Below are positions 39,721 through 50,106 of a stretch of DNA of 64,000 bases, piece after piece. The translations under genes and the position numbers were made by a program. Below the pieces are notes generated by a model, which saw only the letters and a list, made by a program, of their open reading frames with translations, searched no databases and was not told the DNA's origin. The first letter of the stretch is position 1. Each line of letters begins with the position of its first letter. The DNA is from an uncultured Propionivibrio sp. (GTDB lineage Bacteria; Pseudomonadota; Gammaproteobacteria; Burkholderiales; Rhodocyclaceae), in NCBI GenBank assembly GCA_964485725.1, contig CAZALA010000003.1, positions 537 through 64,536 on the forward strand. The letters are read 5' to 3'.

Positions 39721-40724
39721 GCAGATGTTCCGGTGCTGACGTACGGGGCGCTCACTACTTTCGCAGTGTCATTCTTTTCAGGAATGGGGAATTCGTTGCC
39801 AAATTGCTTCTTCATCCGGTTTGCCGCGTCCTCAGGCAACGCGTCCCTTTCCGCGGCCACGAGCTCGTCGCGCAATACTGTGAGGCGCTCCCTAAAAACA
39901 TCCATTTGCGCGTTCGAGAGTTTTGCCATCAAATCATTGTTTGGGATGACGGGAAGCCTAACCATCAACCTGCTTACAAGTGCGCTCTCGCTCCATGCAG
40001 GCGCGAAGTTGCTCAGCATCGCATCAGTGAGGTATCTGAGTGCACTCAGGTCAACGAAATTTCCCGACAAATCTTGTTTCGGTACGAACCAGTGATAAGC
40101 GGCAACCGTCAAGGCGATGCTAAGCGGCGCCCCGCCATTAGAAAACTTGTGACAGCGCCAACGCTTCAAGTACCGAACGCACCGCCTAAATTGCTCTGCC
40201 TCTTCAGCCGCGAGCCGGGCTCTTATGAGGGCTGTGAGACCTTTTGGGTCAGACACTTGCCAAATACGCGTCTCCGCGTTAGAACTTTCCTTCCCCGACG
40301 CCAAATCTAGATAAGAGTCATCCCGCTGAACGTATATGGCAAAGTCGACGTGGTATTGCGGCACCGCGTCGCACAGGTAAGTTACGGTCACGCACGGCCG
40401 CCGAATATCGATTGTGCGATTCGGGCGCACTAGCGCATCGCGCACCTTCTTTTTCAGCTCGACCGGGTCTTTGTATCTATCTTGTTTGCAGCTAAAGATA
40501 AGTCCAACGTCAATATCATAGTTACCGTCGAGCGGCAATGTACCGGTATTCATCGCGTAACTGCCCTGGTGGAAGTCCGAAAAGCCAGGGACATCCGCCG
40601 GCAATCGAGCACGCAAGTCAGTGAGCAAAATATCTCGCTTCTCGCGAAGTTTAGCCCGCTCGTCATTTTCGTCAAGCTTGATTGCGTCGTGAAAGATATT
40701 GAACTGCTTCTGTATCGCGGCCAT
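39717..40724 (-). CDS. CBASS cGAS/DncV-like nucleotidyltransferase (CD-NTase)
   Basis: QGSYAMNTG...YDIDVG, YHVDFAIY, YLKRWR; flexible tail ending TGTSA. Confidence 0.9.
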   Translation of the reverse strand: MAAIQKQFNIFHDAIKLDENDERAKLREKRDILLTDLRARLPADVPGFSDFHQGSYAMNTGTLPLDGNYDIDVGLIFSCKQDRYKDPVELKKKVRDALVRPNRTIDIRRPCVTVTYLCDAVPQYHVDFAIYVQRDDSYLDLASGKESSNAETRIWQVSDPKGLTALIRARLAAEEAEQFRRCVRYLKRWRCHKFSNGGAPLSIALTVAAYHWFVPKQDLSGNFVDLSALRYLTDAMLSNFAPAWSESALVSRLMVRLPVIPNNDLMAKLSNAQMDVFRERLTVLRDELVAAERDALPEDAANRMKKQFGNEFPIPEKNDTAKVVSAPYVSTGTSA

Positions 40725-40847
40725 AGTTATTATTCTCCTGTAGGTATGGTCATATGTTCATAAGCAATTTTATGACAGATAGCAAGTATAGCGATTAGTC
40801 GAATTGCAAAGCCCTTCGCTGAAGCCTATCCTGACAATACAAGGCCC

Positions 40848-41741
40848 TTACTTCAAGTACTGCGCAATCTCATCAGCATTTTTCAAAATAATTTGCTGAG
40901 CTTCTGGCTTAACGTTGCGCCCCTTCTCAAAGCCAAGATGCTTCAGCAAATAGAAGAGCAGCGCTTGTCGACATTCCAGGACCGCCTCCCCTTCGTCCAT
41001 GCCGTAATCTAGTTCAATCACGCGACGATGTGCTTCGCTTAGCCCAGGGTGCGGAGCCAGCACGAGTCTCACAACCGTCTGCCACTCGGTGTCTTCAAGC
41101 GGCGGCACGACCGCCGACTCACTAGCGGCTACGCTCAATATTCGCGCGATAACGAAATCGCGGAAGTCCTTGCGCGCATGGCAGTACGCCCGAATGTGCC
41201 ACCGGAAACCGTCATGGGCCAACGCTTGCGGTGACAACAGGCGCTCCGTCGGCTCAGGTCGCGTCATCGACTGATACGAGACCTTCAGCGCGGAGCCGTT
41301 TCGCATTGCCTTCAGCAGCGCGGCGAGCGTATCGGCAGACATCGTCCTGCCTGGAACCGGAACGGCCGCGACTGAAGGCTGCCAGCCAATAAAACTGGCG
41401 TCAGATTTAATAAACCCTGAAGCCGTTGCCAGTAAGTCGTTCAGGTATCGCGAGGGATGACCCGTCAAGAACACCGGCTTGAACTTAGGCCCCGCGAGAT
41501 AAACCCGAGCGCTGCGGTCATACTCGAGGTTCTTCGGCGCCAACTCGGTGTACCGAGCAATATCGAGGGAAGCTTGCGGTGTCGAGATGCCGAAGAAATC
41601 GATAAGCGCCGCACGATTCAACCGACCATCCCAGCGCAAGCGAAAGTCGATAAATTCCAAGCGGCGCTCTCGGCTCCACCTGGGGCCACTATCTAATTTA
41701 GAGGTCGGTCGAGTGATACGCGAACTGTTCATAGGGTGCAT
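40848..41741 (-). CDS. capW: WYL-domain transcriptional regulator, CapW-like
   Basis: RLEFIDFRL.W.G..NR..L..FFGIS.PQAS.D wHTH; YQSM, DGFRWHIRAYC..R.DFRDF...RI WYL; IELDYGM. Confidence 0.88.
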   Translation of the reverse strand: MHPMNSSRITRPTSKLDSGPRWSRERRLEFIDFRLRWDGRLNRAALIDFFGISTPQASLDIARYTELAPKNLEYDRSARVYLAGPKFKPVFLTGHPSRYLNDLLATASGFIKSDASFIGWQPSVAAVPVPGRTMSADTLAALLKAMRNGSALKVSYQSMTRPEPTERLLSPQALAHDGFRWHIRAYCHARKDFRDFVIARILSVAASESAVVPPLEDTEWQTVVRLVLAPHPGLSEAHRRVIELDYGMDEGEAVLECRQALLFYLLKHLGFEKGRNVKPEAQQIILKNADEIAQYLK

Positions 41742-41796
41742 TGTACTATACGTCTAATTGCTTTACTAATATAAATATTATACGTATACTAATGCA
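41737..41796. promoter_or_regulatory. AT-rich divergent promoter with inverted repeat (candidate CapW operator)
   Basis: CTATACGTCTAAT (41746-41758) vs ATTATACGTATAC (41777-41789), 11/13 inverted match; flanked by TGCATT/AATGCA. Confidence 0.6.
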
Positions 41797-43374
41797 ATGA
41801 GTGAAGGTCTTGGATTTTCCCTGCCCGATGCAATTGCCAACTTGTCTCCTGGCCACGAGGCAACTCCTGCTTTGGCTGAAGCCGGCAGCGCTCAGGAAGA
41901 ATCAGCGCCCCTAGCCCCCGTTCCGCAAGACGAGCGACTCGTCGAAGAAGTCAATCCGAGCCTACTCGACCTATCTAAGCAGCAGCGCAACCTCCTGTTG
42001 CTGCGACCCTTATTCCAGCTTGAGTTGAACAAGATGCGCGTCGGCGGCGAATCCACCGGCGACCAGGGCTTGTTTGCCGGCATCGATACCCACTATCTCG
42101 TGCTTTCCGTCCTCGATTTCATGATGGAGGGCACAACCATGAACATGGGCTGCACCAAAGACGAAGTCATTGGCCACCTGACGACAATTGCGGCGAAAAT
42201 CAAACCAGAACTTACCGCTATACACTCCAACCGCGTGGCGGAAGCCGTCATCGACGCACTGGATAACAAGGGCGGCGCTTACAAGGAATTCAGTTTTGAG
42301 TTCTTTGACGCCCGGTCGAATGCGACCAAGTCCATCCGGTTTCGCTTGGTTACCTATGAACCCGACCTCGAGGACGTCTACCGCTATCGCCCAACTTCAG
42401 AGGGATATTTGGTCTACCTCGGCATGCTGGACCTCTCGCCCGAGGATTCCCAGGAGCTGATGGAGAAGATGCTGGACTTGCTGGTTCAGCGAGGCCGTTT
42501 TGAAGCAGCGCTTGAAATCGCCAAACGTGCCCGCAAGCTGTCCATCGAATATCGGCAGCTCATTCGCGACCGCCTCATGCAGGCGTACCGCGCACCAGGT
42601 TCGGTCAATTGGACCAAGGAAATGGCCGGCAAGCTCGATGCAGCGCGCACGCACGTCCGCGGACGCCAAAGCGAAGACCAGCGAATGGAGGAAGCTGTGC
42701 GAGAAGCGCTTCTTTCAGCCGAAGAGCCCAAGACCCGTCAGGACTTAGCCCAACTGTTCAATACGCTCCAAGGCGCGGGGCTGCTGCGTTCCAACCTGGT
42801 TAACGACATCACAGTCGCCCCCGACAAGTTCCTCGAAGCGCAGCGCGCCGTCTTTCGTGCCCGACGCCCGTCCGGCCTACCCGACCTCGAGACAAGACTA
42901 TTTCCGCAACTGCTGGACTTGCCCGCGAATGTACTGAGCGATAACGCGGACAGCTGCATCAGCGGGTTCTACCCCTCCACCTGGCCCAAGGTTTACGACC
43001 TGAACTCCGTATTTTCAATGTTGTTGGAGCGACGAGCTGAAGAACTTGAACCGGAAGAGGACGACGGCGAAATCACTCCGCATGCCGAGCCGTTAGACCA
43101 GTTTTCAGTCGTCCTTATTGAATCTGTCGAGCAATGGCTCAAGAAGCGTTTCAGTACCGGTGACAGCTATCGCGTTGATGAATTGCTTGGTCTGGCTGAG
43201 GATGAGGGTCTGAGCAGCACGATGCGCCGATGCATGGTGCTAATGCTCTTCCGTTCGTTTGCGCAATCCGAGAGTCTGTTCCCAAATATGCGTTGCGACG
43301 CATCCGGCCGATTCAGCCTTGATATCGCGCAAGGCACCAACTTAGTCTTTTCGCCTCACGAAGAACACAAATGA
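41797..43374 (+). CDS. jetA: Wadjet JetA-like protein
   Basis: First gene of a coupled 4-gene operon ending in SMC and Toprim genes; size and position fit the kleisin. Confidence 0.75.
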   Translation: MSEGLGFSLPDAIANLSPGHEATPALAEAGSAQEESAPLAPVPQDERLVEEVNPSLLDLSKQQRNLLLLRPLFQLELNKMRVGGESTGDQGLFAGIDTHYLVLSVLDFMMEGTTMNMGCTKDEVIGHLTTIAAKIKPELTAIHSNRVAEAVIDALDNKGGAYKEFSFEFFDARSNATKSIRFRLVTYEPDLEDVYRYRPTSEGYLVYLGMLDLSPEDSQELMEKMLDLLVQRGRFEAALEIAKRARKLSIEYRQLIRDRLMQAYRAPGSVNWTKEMAGKLDAARTHVRGRQSEDQRMEEAVREALLSAEEPKTRQDLAQLFNTLQGAGLLRSNLVNDITVAPDKFLEAQRAVFRARRPSGLPDLETRLFPQLLDLPANVLSDNADSCISGFYPSTWPKVYDLNSVFSMLLERRAEELEPEEDDGEITPHAEPLDQFSVVLIESVEQWLKKRFSTGDSYRVDELLGLAEDEGLSSTMRRCMVLMLFRSFAQSESLFPNMRCDASGRFSLDIAQGTNLVFSPHEEHK

Positions 43375-44108
43375 CAACCTCCTCACCTACGGTAAAGAAT
43401 GCCGCCCGTCTTGTGTACAAGGCTCTCCATACGGCACTATCACCTGTCAATGACGCGCAGTACAGAGAGCTTCTCGACCTGTATCGAGCTGACCCGAAAT
43501 TCGCGTCCAACGTACAGGAAGTTGCCGAGGGGCTGGAGCTGACTATTCTCGATTTCAGCGAACGCGGCCTCATTATTGTTCCAACGTCCCGCGAAAGTCG
43601 GTTTGCCATCCGAATCGGAGACATTCGGACCAACATGAAACCGGAGCAGAAAGCCGCCCTGGTGCTAGCCCACGTGGCCGTCGCAGCCACGTTCTTTCCA
43701 ACCACCGACGGCCTCGATGACGACAACTACGTTCCGCCGCCCGCAAGTGTTGCTCAATTTCGGGACGCACTTTACTCGCTCTCACGCCACTTGAAAGAGG
43801 CCGGTCCAGACCAGCAGGACGTGCCTCCTGAACTTTCGCCAGGATGGGAGCTCATTTGTTCCCTGCCCGTCGCAGTCCCCTCGAGCCTACGTGCCTCGCC
43901 ATCCTCAATTACGGGCTTGATTGGCATGACCCTGAATCACATGGGAGCTAACGGACTGGCCCGGCTTGACCGAGACGACTCTTCCGATGAGGCGCTGGCC
44001 ACCTATACGGCAACCCACCGCCTACGTGTGCAATTGCGCGAACTAACGCTTAGGCGCCTCTTCGAGTTGGCACAAACCGGTGCCGCCAAGGCTGGAATGG
44101 GAGCCTGA
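43371..44108 (+). CDS. jetB: Wadjet JetB-like protein
   Basis: 245 aa; ATGA overlap with jetA; directly precedes the SMC gene. Confidence 0.75.
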   Translation: MTTSSPTVKNAARLVYKALHTALSPVNDAQYRELLDLYRADPKFASNVQEVAEGLELTILDFSERGLIIVPTSRESRFAIRIGDIRTNMKPEQKAALVLAHVAVAATFFPTTDGLDDDNYVPPPASVAQFRDALYSLSRHLKEAGPDQQDVPPELSPGWELICSLPVAVPSSLRASPSSITGLIGMTLNHMGANGLARLDRDDSSDEALATYTATHRLRVQLRELTLRRLFELAQTGAAKAGMGA

Positions 44109-44109
44109 C

Positions 44110-47100
44110 ATGCAAAAAATTACGCGCATCTACGTTGGCAACTACGGTATCGACATGGCGTGGTATGACGGCATTGTCTTTGACATGACCGACCCTGACA
44201 CGGGAGAGCCTACCGACACCATCATCAATCTCGAAAATGGCGGCGGCAAGACTACATTGCTGAGCTTTATCTTTTCTTGTTTTGAGACCTCGCAAGAGCG
44301 ATTTCTCAAGCACATGCAAAACAAGAATCACCGTTTTTCCCAGTACTTCGCTCCGGACGGTCTCCCTGGCGTGGTGCTCATCGAATGGGAAATGCCGCCG
44401 CGCATCGCCGGCGGGGCGCCCTACCCATTCGTCATCGGTCAGGTCGTTGCAGTGAAGACTAATACCGAGCTGAATGAGGTGGACCGGGTCTTTTTTAGCT
44501 TTGAGGCGAATAAGGGGCTCACTTTCGAGTCTGTGCCAGTGCCGAAATTGACGATGGCGCCGGCTACAAGCATGTCCGAGTTTTCCCGGTGGATGCACGA
44601 AGCTCAGAAGGCCAGCCCGGATTTCTTTCACACGCGGACCCAGCAAGACTGGCAGGAGCATCTGCGCGTGCAGATGATTGACGTCGAAATGCTGAAGCTG
44701 CAGGTCAACTTTTCAGCACAAGAAGGCGGAATTGATGCGGGATTTCTGACGTTTCACTCCGAACCCGAGTTCGTTCGTAAGTTCTTTGACCTGACGCTCG
44801 ACCCTGACTTATCGGCCTCCGTTCGCAAAACGGTGGTCGAGACATGTGACAAGTTGCGGCTGAAGCCCGCCTTCCAAAGACGGCTCGCAGAGCTCTCAAC
44901 ACTTCAGGGCAGCCTGACGCAGTTCGATGCACTTGCTCAGGCTTATGCCCAATCAAAAGCTTCCCAGCATGACACTCGGACGCAAGGCAGTGGCCTGGTG
45001 CTCAGCCTTGAGCGGCGTGCCCGGGAGCAATTCACGACGGCAGAGGCAGAGAATCAGCGAAGGATTGCTCAAGAAAAACGAGTGTCTGACAATGGGCTGG
45101 CTGAAACTGCTGCGGGAAACGAGCAGCTTGTTCTGACTTCACTTCGCCATACGCGACAAGTTGGCGCCGCGGAAACCTGCAAGACGGCAGCGACCGAAAA
45201 ACACACAGTCGCCACGAATAAGCTGCGTCACATTTCCGCCGCAAAAGCGCGTTGCGAAATCAATGCGGCAGAAGCAACGAAGAACGAGCTTGAAGGACAA
45301 GCAGCGCAGGCAGATGCCCAGCTACAGCCTTGGCGCGAAATCGTTGACAGACAGGGGGCAATTCTACGGCGCACGCTATTCACCGAAGAGGCGACACTTC
45401 GCAAGGAAGGCGAAGCTGAACGTGAAAAGGAGCACGCCGCTAAGGCTGCGCGCGCCTCTCTGGGTAAGGAACTTACCCAACTGGATGGGAAGCGGCAGGC
45501 CTACATCGAGGAACACGCAACGCTGTCCGCAGCCGAGACCGCCTTCGAATTGGCGCGCACCCAATTGGTCAGCGACGAACTTTTGGAGTTGGATGAAAGC
45601 ACCGCCTCGGCGGTGGGCCGCTGGACGGCAACTGCCACAGTGCAACGAGGTCTCGAGACCCAGCGCCTACAGGAGGCAGAGACTCTACGCAACCAGGGGC
45701 AGGAGTGGCGGGTCACGGCAAAGAGGGAAGGTGAAGAGGCCGCGCGTCAAGCGAAGTCTGTAGAGCAACTTCAGGCCTTTATTGCCGAAGGTCAATCCGA
45801 ACGGGAAACCCTCTCCCAGCTACCTATCACGCGCCAGGCAGCGGAAGCAGAAACAGCCGACCCGGATTCCCCTGCGCTTCTCATCGCACTCGACCACTTG
45901 ATACAGGGCAGTGAACGCGAAGTGTCATTGTCGGATGTGCAATTAGCTGAACTGCACGCCAGCAAGTCGGCAATTGAAGAGACCGGCGTGGCGGGGAGCT
46001 CGCGCGATGTCAATGACGTCGTGGCGTGCCTGCGTGAACACGGTGTCAAGTCTGCAACACCCTATAACACCTACATCGCCAAGGCCCTGCCGGATGCCGC
46101 TCAAGCGCGAAAGTTGGTTGCCAGCAATCCTGCCCGGTTTATGGGCGTGCAAGTCGCTGCGGGTGAGTTCCACAAGGCGCGAGCCCTTGAGGTTAATCCG
46201 CCAAAGATTAGCGGCCCTGTCATGGTGTCGATTGCAGCGCTCGATGCCGAAGATATGGTGGGCGACAGGCTGGTGGTCTCGGCGTCAGATGACGCCCGCT
46301 TCAATCTCGATGCGGCCAAGGCACTACTAGCGACGCTTGAAACCCGGGTCACCGTGGAAAGCGAGCGTCGAAAAATCTTTGCCGACCGACAACGAGATGC
46401 CGTTACCGGGAAGCAACGGGTGCTCGATTACCTGCAGCGTTATGGCTCAGGAAAGATGCAGAAGGCCGAAGCCGACGCGATTCGACAGACTGCAGAGATT
46501 GATGCCGCCAAAGCACGCGAGCTTGCCGCAGAAGCACAGGCTACTGACTGCCGCAATGCGGAAACGCTCCGCCGGGCTGAAAGCCAAAAGTGCAAGGAAG
46601 CCGCAGGGGACGCCGAACGGCACGTCCGCGAACTGCAACGATTCGCCGACTTGCATGAAGTAAAGCGCGCCTCCAGGGTTGAGCGGATGGGCGTTATCGC
46701 CTCAGAACTTCAAATCCTTGTTGACCAACTGGACCGCATTCGGTTGGAGCAAGAAAAGCACGAACAGGCAGGTAACACGGCCCTTCAAGCCAGGCTCACG
46801 GTGGTTAGCCAAGCCGACGGGCTGGAAAAGGAGCGGGGGAATCTCAAGTATTACGACAAGGCATTTCAGGCGGCCGAATATTTGGCGGGGAACCCTCAGC
46901 CCCTAACAGAGTTGCGTGACAGCTACGACAGCGCAGTCAAGACATTCGAAATAGAAGAGAAGGACCGGCTGGGGCTTCTGCATCAGCAGTTGGAAACCGC
47001 TCGCGACCGGGTCCGGGACAGGAAGAAGGCGTTTACTAAAGAATTCTCGAATGTCCAGGGGCCGGACATCCTGCCCTACTTGAAGGCGGACTTCGATTCG

Positions 47101-48429
47101 ATTATCCCTGCAACACAGATGGAAATAGGGCTGTGCGACCTGGCATCGCGTGAAGCAGACAAAGTGTTTGCAGTGGCGACCAGCATGTCAAAGGAATTTC
47201 ACAAGGCTAACAAACTCGCATATGCGCCAACGCCGGAGATGGAAGCGCTGGATGCCGATGCGCTTGATACACGCATCGAGTTGGCAGGTTTCGCCAAGCA
47301 AAGGGCCACCGCAGAAATCGAAGCCGCTAGAGGCGCGGCAGCACGCGCCAAGGAACTGACAAGGCAAGCAGAGGCCTCTGCCAAGGAGGCCCGTGACGTC
47401 GCCACAACGCTTCGCACGGCACTCGACTTGCTCGAGTTGCTGGATGCAGAGCCTATTCTGCTATCGGGTGACATCAACGCACAGACAAACGCGGTTATCG
47501 CTGAATTCCAGCTCAGGGCAAAGACCGTAGATTCCGCTCGCAAGAAAGCGCACAAAGCTTTTGATGACCTGAGAACTTCCGCCATGGGCAAGGGCCTGCA
47601 AGAGGTCGAGCCGGATATTGCTGTCCAGCTTCAGCAGAATGAATTCGACGCAGCCTGCGCGGACAGCCAACGTTTGCTGGAGGGAATCATCGACCGTATT
47701 GGCACAACCCAGTCCAGCCTGGATGCCATGAAAGCGGACTTCGAGAATACGGTAGGTGAGCTCAGTAATTTGGTAAATACCGCTATCACGCTGTTGAACT
47801 CAGCGGTGAATAACAAGAAGGTTCCGGTCGGAGCACCGTACGTGGGCGGCAAGTCGATTATCAAAATGCGCGCCCGGTTCAATGAAATTTCTCACGATGC
47901 CCGGAAGCAAACACTCCATAACTACTTGGACGCGCTAATCGACACCAACATTGTTCCAGCGCGGGGGCCTGAGCTGGTTGCAAATGCGTTGATGTACATT
48001 CACGGCAAGCAACTCGGCATCCAAATCTTGAAGATGGTACCCGACGAGGGGTTGCAGTATGTTGCGGTGGACAAGATTCAGAATTCCGGTGGCGAAGGCG
48101 TAGTGATGGCGATGTTCCTGTACCTCCTCATCAACCAAATGCGTTCTGAAACCCAGGCCAAGCTCAAGAAGAACGGTGGTGGGCCGCTCATTCTGGACAA
48201 CCCATTTGCCAAGGCGACGACGCCCACGTTATGGAAGGCGCAGCGCGCATTGGCGCAAGCCATGGATGTTCAGCTCATATTTGCCACAGCGCTTCCTGAC
48301 TACAACACCGTCGGCGAATTTAGTCGCTTCGTCAGGCTGCGCAAGGCCGGCAAAAACACCAAGACGGGTCGCTGGCATCTCGAGGTGGCTGACTTGAAAC
48401 TTCGCGAACAAGAGGTTGCAGCAACATGA
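44110..48429 (+). CDS. jetC: Wadjet JetC SMC-like ATPase (type III-like)
   Basis: LENGGGKTT Walker A, long coiled coil, SGGE signature, LILDNPF Walker B/D-loop. Confidence 0.88.
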   Translation: MQKITRIYVGNYGIDMAWYDGIVFDMTDPDTGEPTDTIINLENGGGKTTLLSFIFSCFETSQERFLKHMQNKNHRFSQYFAPDGLPGVVLIEWEMPPRIAGGAPYPFVIGQVVAVKTNTELNEVDRVFFSFEANKGLTFESVPVPKLTMAPATSMSEFSRWMHEAQKASPDFFHTRTQQDWQEHLRVQMIDVEMLKLQVNFSAQEGGIDAGFLTFHSEPEFVRKFFDLTLDPDLSASVRKTVVETCDKLRLKPAFQRRLAELSTLQGSLTQFDALAQAYAQSKASQHDTRTQGSGLVLSLERRAREQFTTAEAENQRRIAQEKRVSDNGLAETAAGNEQLVLTSLRHTRQVGAAETCKTAATEKHTVATNKLRHISAAKARCEINAAEATKNELEGQAAQADAQLQPWREIVDRQGAILRRTLFTEEATLRKEGEAEREKEHAAKAARASLGKELTQLDGKRQAYIEEHATLSAAETAFELARTQLVSDELLELDESTASAVGRWTATATVQRGLETQRLQEAETLRNQGQEWRVTAKREGEEAARQAKSVEQLQAFIAEGQSERETLSQLPITRQAAEAETADPDSPALLIALDHLIQGSEREVSLSDVQLAELHASKSAIEETGVAGSSRDVNDVVACLREHGVKSATPYNTYIAKALPDAAQARKLVASNPARFMGVQVAAGEFHKARALEVNPPKISGPVMVSIAALDAEDMVGDRLVVSASDDARFNLDAAKALLATLETRVTVESERRKIFADRQRDAVTGKQRVLDYLQRYGSGKMQKAEADAIRQTAEIDAAKARELAAEAQATDCRNAETLRRAESQKCKEAAGDAERHVRELQRFADLHEVKRASRVERMGVIASELQILVDQLDRIRLEQEKHEQAGNTALQARLTVVSQADGLEKERGNLKYYDKAFQAAEYLAGNPQPLTELRDSYDSAVKTFEIEEKDRLGLLHQQLETARDRVRDRKKAFTKEFSNVQGPDILPYLKADFDSIIPATQMEIGLCDLASREADKVFAVATSMSKEFHKANKLAYAPTPEMEALDADALDTRIELAGFAKQRATAEIEAARGAAARAKELTRQAEASAKEARDVATTLRTALDLLELLDAEPILLSGDINAQTNAVIAEFQLRAKTVDSARKKAHKAFDDLRTSAMGKGLQEVEPDIAVQLQQNEFDAACADSQRLLEGIIDRIGTTQSSLDAMKADFENTVGELSNLVNTAITLLNSAVNNKKVPVGAPYVGGKSIIKMRARFNEISHDARKQTLHNYLDALIDTNIVPARGPELVANALMYIHGKQLGIQILKMVPDEGLQYVAVDKIQNSGGEGVVMAMFLYLLINQMRSETQAKLKKNGGGPLILDNPFAKATTPTLWKAQRALAQAMDVQLIFATALPDYNTVGEFSRFVRLRKAGKNTKTGRWHLEVADLKLREQEVAAT

Positions 48430-49445
48430 CGGCTATTTTTCACAGTTTGCTAAGCCAAAGTACGCGCAAGCGTATTCCATTGGACGAAGTTCGACGGATG
48501 TTCCTCACGGCACGACCCGAAGTCGCCAGTAGCCCGTCGCGCAGTGCCCAACTGCTCGAGGCGCTAAGAACGCTGCAGCGAGCCAACCTGATTCAACTGC
48601 CTGCCCCCGGCAGTAGTTGGGAAAAGCTCGGCAACCCGCCACTGCCCAATTGGATTCAGCTCGTCAGCGAAACGCCAGAGGTGGAACATGATGACCCGGC
48701 AGCGACTGCGTGGGCGCCTGAGTTGGGCTTTTGGACAGAATTGAAGTCTTCTGCCTTGGATGCTGCTAAGGCGATAAATACATTCTTGCTGCGACGACGA
48801 GGGACATTTCTCACGGTGCCCATCAAGGAGCGCTCGCTGGAGATTTTTGGCGATGAAAAACGCCTGGATGCGATGCGAAGTGGGGACACTTTGTTTGGCG
48901 GTCGCTTGTTGCTTTCAACGATAGGCGCTTTCCAAGTCCCCCTTCCCTTGCCTTACCGACAAGCAGATGCGCCAGGCAAGCCGGTGCTTGTTCTCGAGAA
49001 TCACAACAGCTACTGGAGCTTCGGCGAGTGGAATCATGCGGCCAAGCGGTATTCCGCAGTGGTTTATGGGGCCGGCAATGCGTTCAGCAGCAGCGGTTTA
49101 GCCCTGGGTCAGGTACTGCTCGAAGTGGGCGGACAGGGAGCGGAATATCTCGGTGACTTGGACGTCGCGGGCGTCCGCATACCGACTGACTTCAATCTCG
49201 CCACGACTGCGTCAGGCATTCGAGTTTCGCCTGCGACAGAGTATTACCTGTGGCTGTTGAGGAACGGAAAGCGCCGCAAACGCATCGAGGGACAGCAGTT
49301 CGTCGGCACCCTCGCGACTGATTGGCTCGGCCCGGACCTTGGACGTGAGTTGAACCAGATTTGGGCGAAAGGGGACTGGGTACCTCAAGAGGGCTTAGGG
49401 TTTGAAGCACTCCAGGAGTTTGAAAACAATCTATTGGGCATATAG
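48426..49445 (+). CDS. jetD: Wadjet JetD Toprim nuclease
   Basis: ERSLEIFGDEKRL, VLVLEN..SY, YG.G, YLGDLD..G, PQE motifs. Confidence 0.88.
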   Translation: MTAIFHSLLSQSTRKRIPLDEVRRMFLTARPEVASSPSRSAQLLEALRTLQRANLIQLPAPGSSWEKLGNPPLPNWIQLVSETPEVEHDDPAATAWAPELGFWTELKSSALDAAKAINTFLLRRRGTFLTVPIKERSLEIFGDEKRLDAMRSGDTLFGGRLLLSTIGAFQVPLPLPYRQADAPGKPVLVLENHNSYWSFGEWNHAAKRYSAVVYGAGNAFSSSGLALGQVLLEVGGQGAEYLGDLDVAGVRIPTDFNLATTASGIRVSPATEYYLWLLRNGKRRKRIEGQQFVGTLATDWLGPDLGRELNQIWAKGDWVPQEGLGFEALQEFENNLLGI

Positions 49446-49497
49446 TCGGCATTACTGTGCCTTTACCTAAAACAAGAAATGACAGGGGCCACAAAGA

Positions 49498-50100
49498 ATG
49501 AAAAAGGAATTGCTACTGAAATCGATAGCGGAGACGGCTTACAACGTGGGGTACGGTGCGAAACTCAATTTTGCCACCTACGATATCGTTGAAAAGGCTC
49601 CTGGCCTTTTCGGATTCGTATCACTTGTCGTCGGCATCTATGCGCTGTTTATCAAGGAACTGACTAGCGAGCATGTGGGCGCAGTGCTGGTGGTTCTCGG
49701 CGTGATAACACTCTACCTGAACAACTACTCGACAGAAAAGGACAAGTATGACGAGATGGGCAAGAGTCTTACCGCGCGCTTCAGCGACCTGAAAACACTC
49801 TTTCGAGCTGCTCAATCTCGCCCAGAAGCCGACGACTTCACCGACATCGCCGCAACTCTCACGAAAATTGAACAAGAAGTTATAAAGCTCACCCCGTCAA
49901 AGCAAATTCTATTCAGCGACTGGTACGCCCATTACAAATTCTTTTGGCAGCAACAGACGGATTGGATTTCTGAAGTACGGCCCTTTACGTTGTTCCGGGA
50001 TAAGCTACCCCTCACCTTTACCGTGGCCGTAGTCATCGCGTTGATAGCCGGGGCAGTTCAAGCTGTTCGATGGTTTGCGCCGTGCTGCGGTCAAGGGTAG
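49498..50100 (+). CDS. SLATT-domain transmembrane effector
   Basis: YNVGYGAK..FATYDIVEK.PG, two TM helices, SDWYAHYKFF.Q...WI, C-terminal TM. Confidence 0.8.
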   Translation: MKKELLLKSIAETAYNVGYGAKLNFATYDIVEKAPGLFGFVSLVVGIYALFIKELTSEHVGAVLVVLGVITLYLNNYSTEKDKYDEMGKSLTARFSDLKTLFRAAQSRPEADDFTDIAATLTKIEQEVIKLTPSKQILFSDWYAHYKFFWQQQTDWISEVRPFTLFRDKLPLTFTVAVVIALIAGAVQAVRWFAPCCGQG

Positions 50101-50106
50101 CCATTC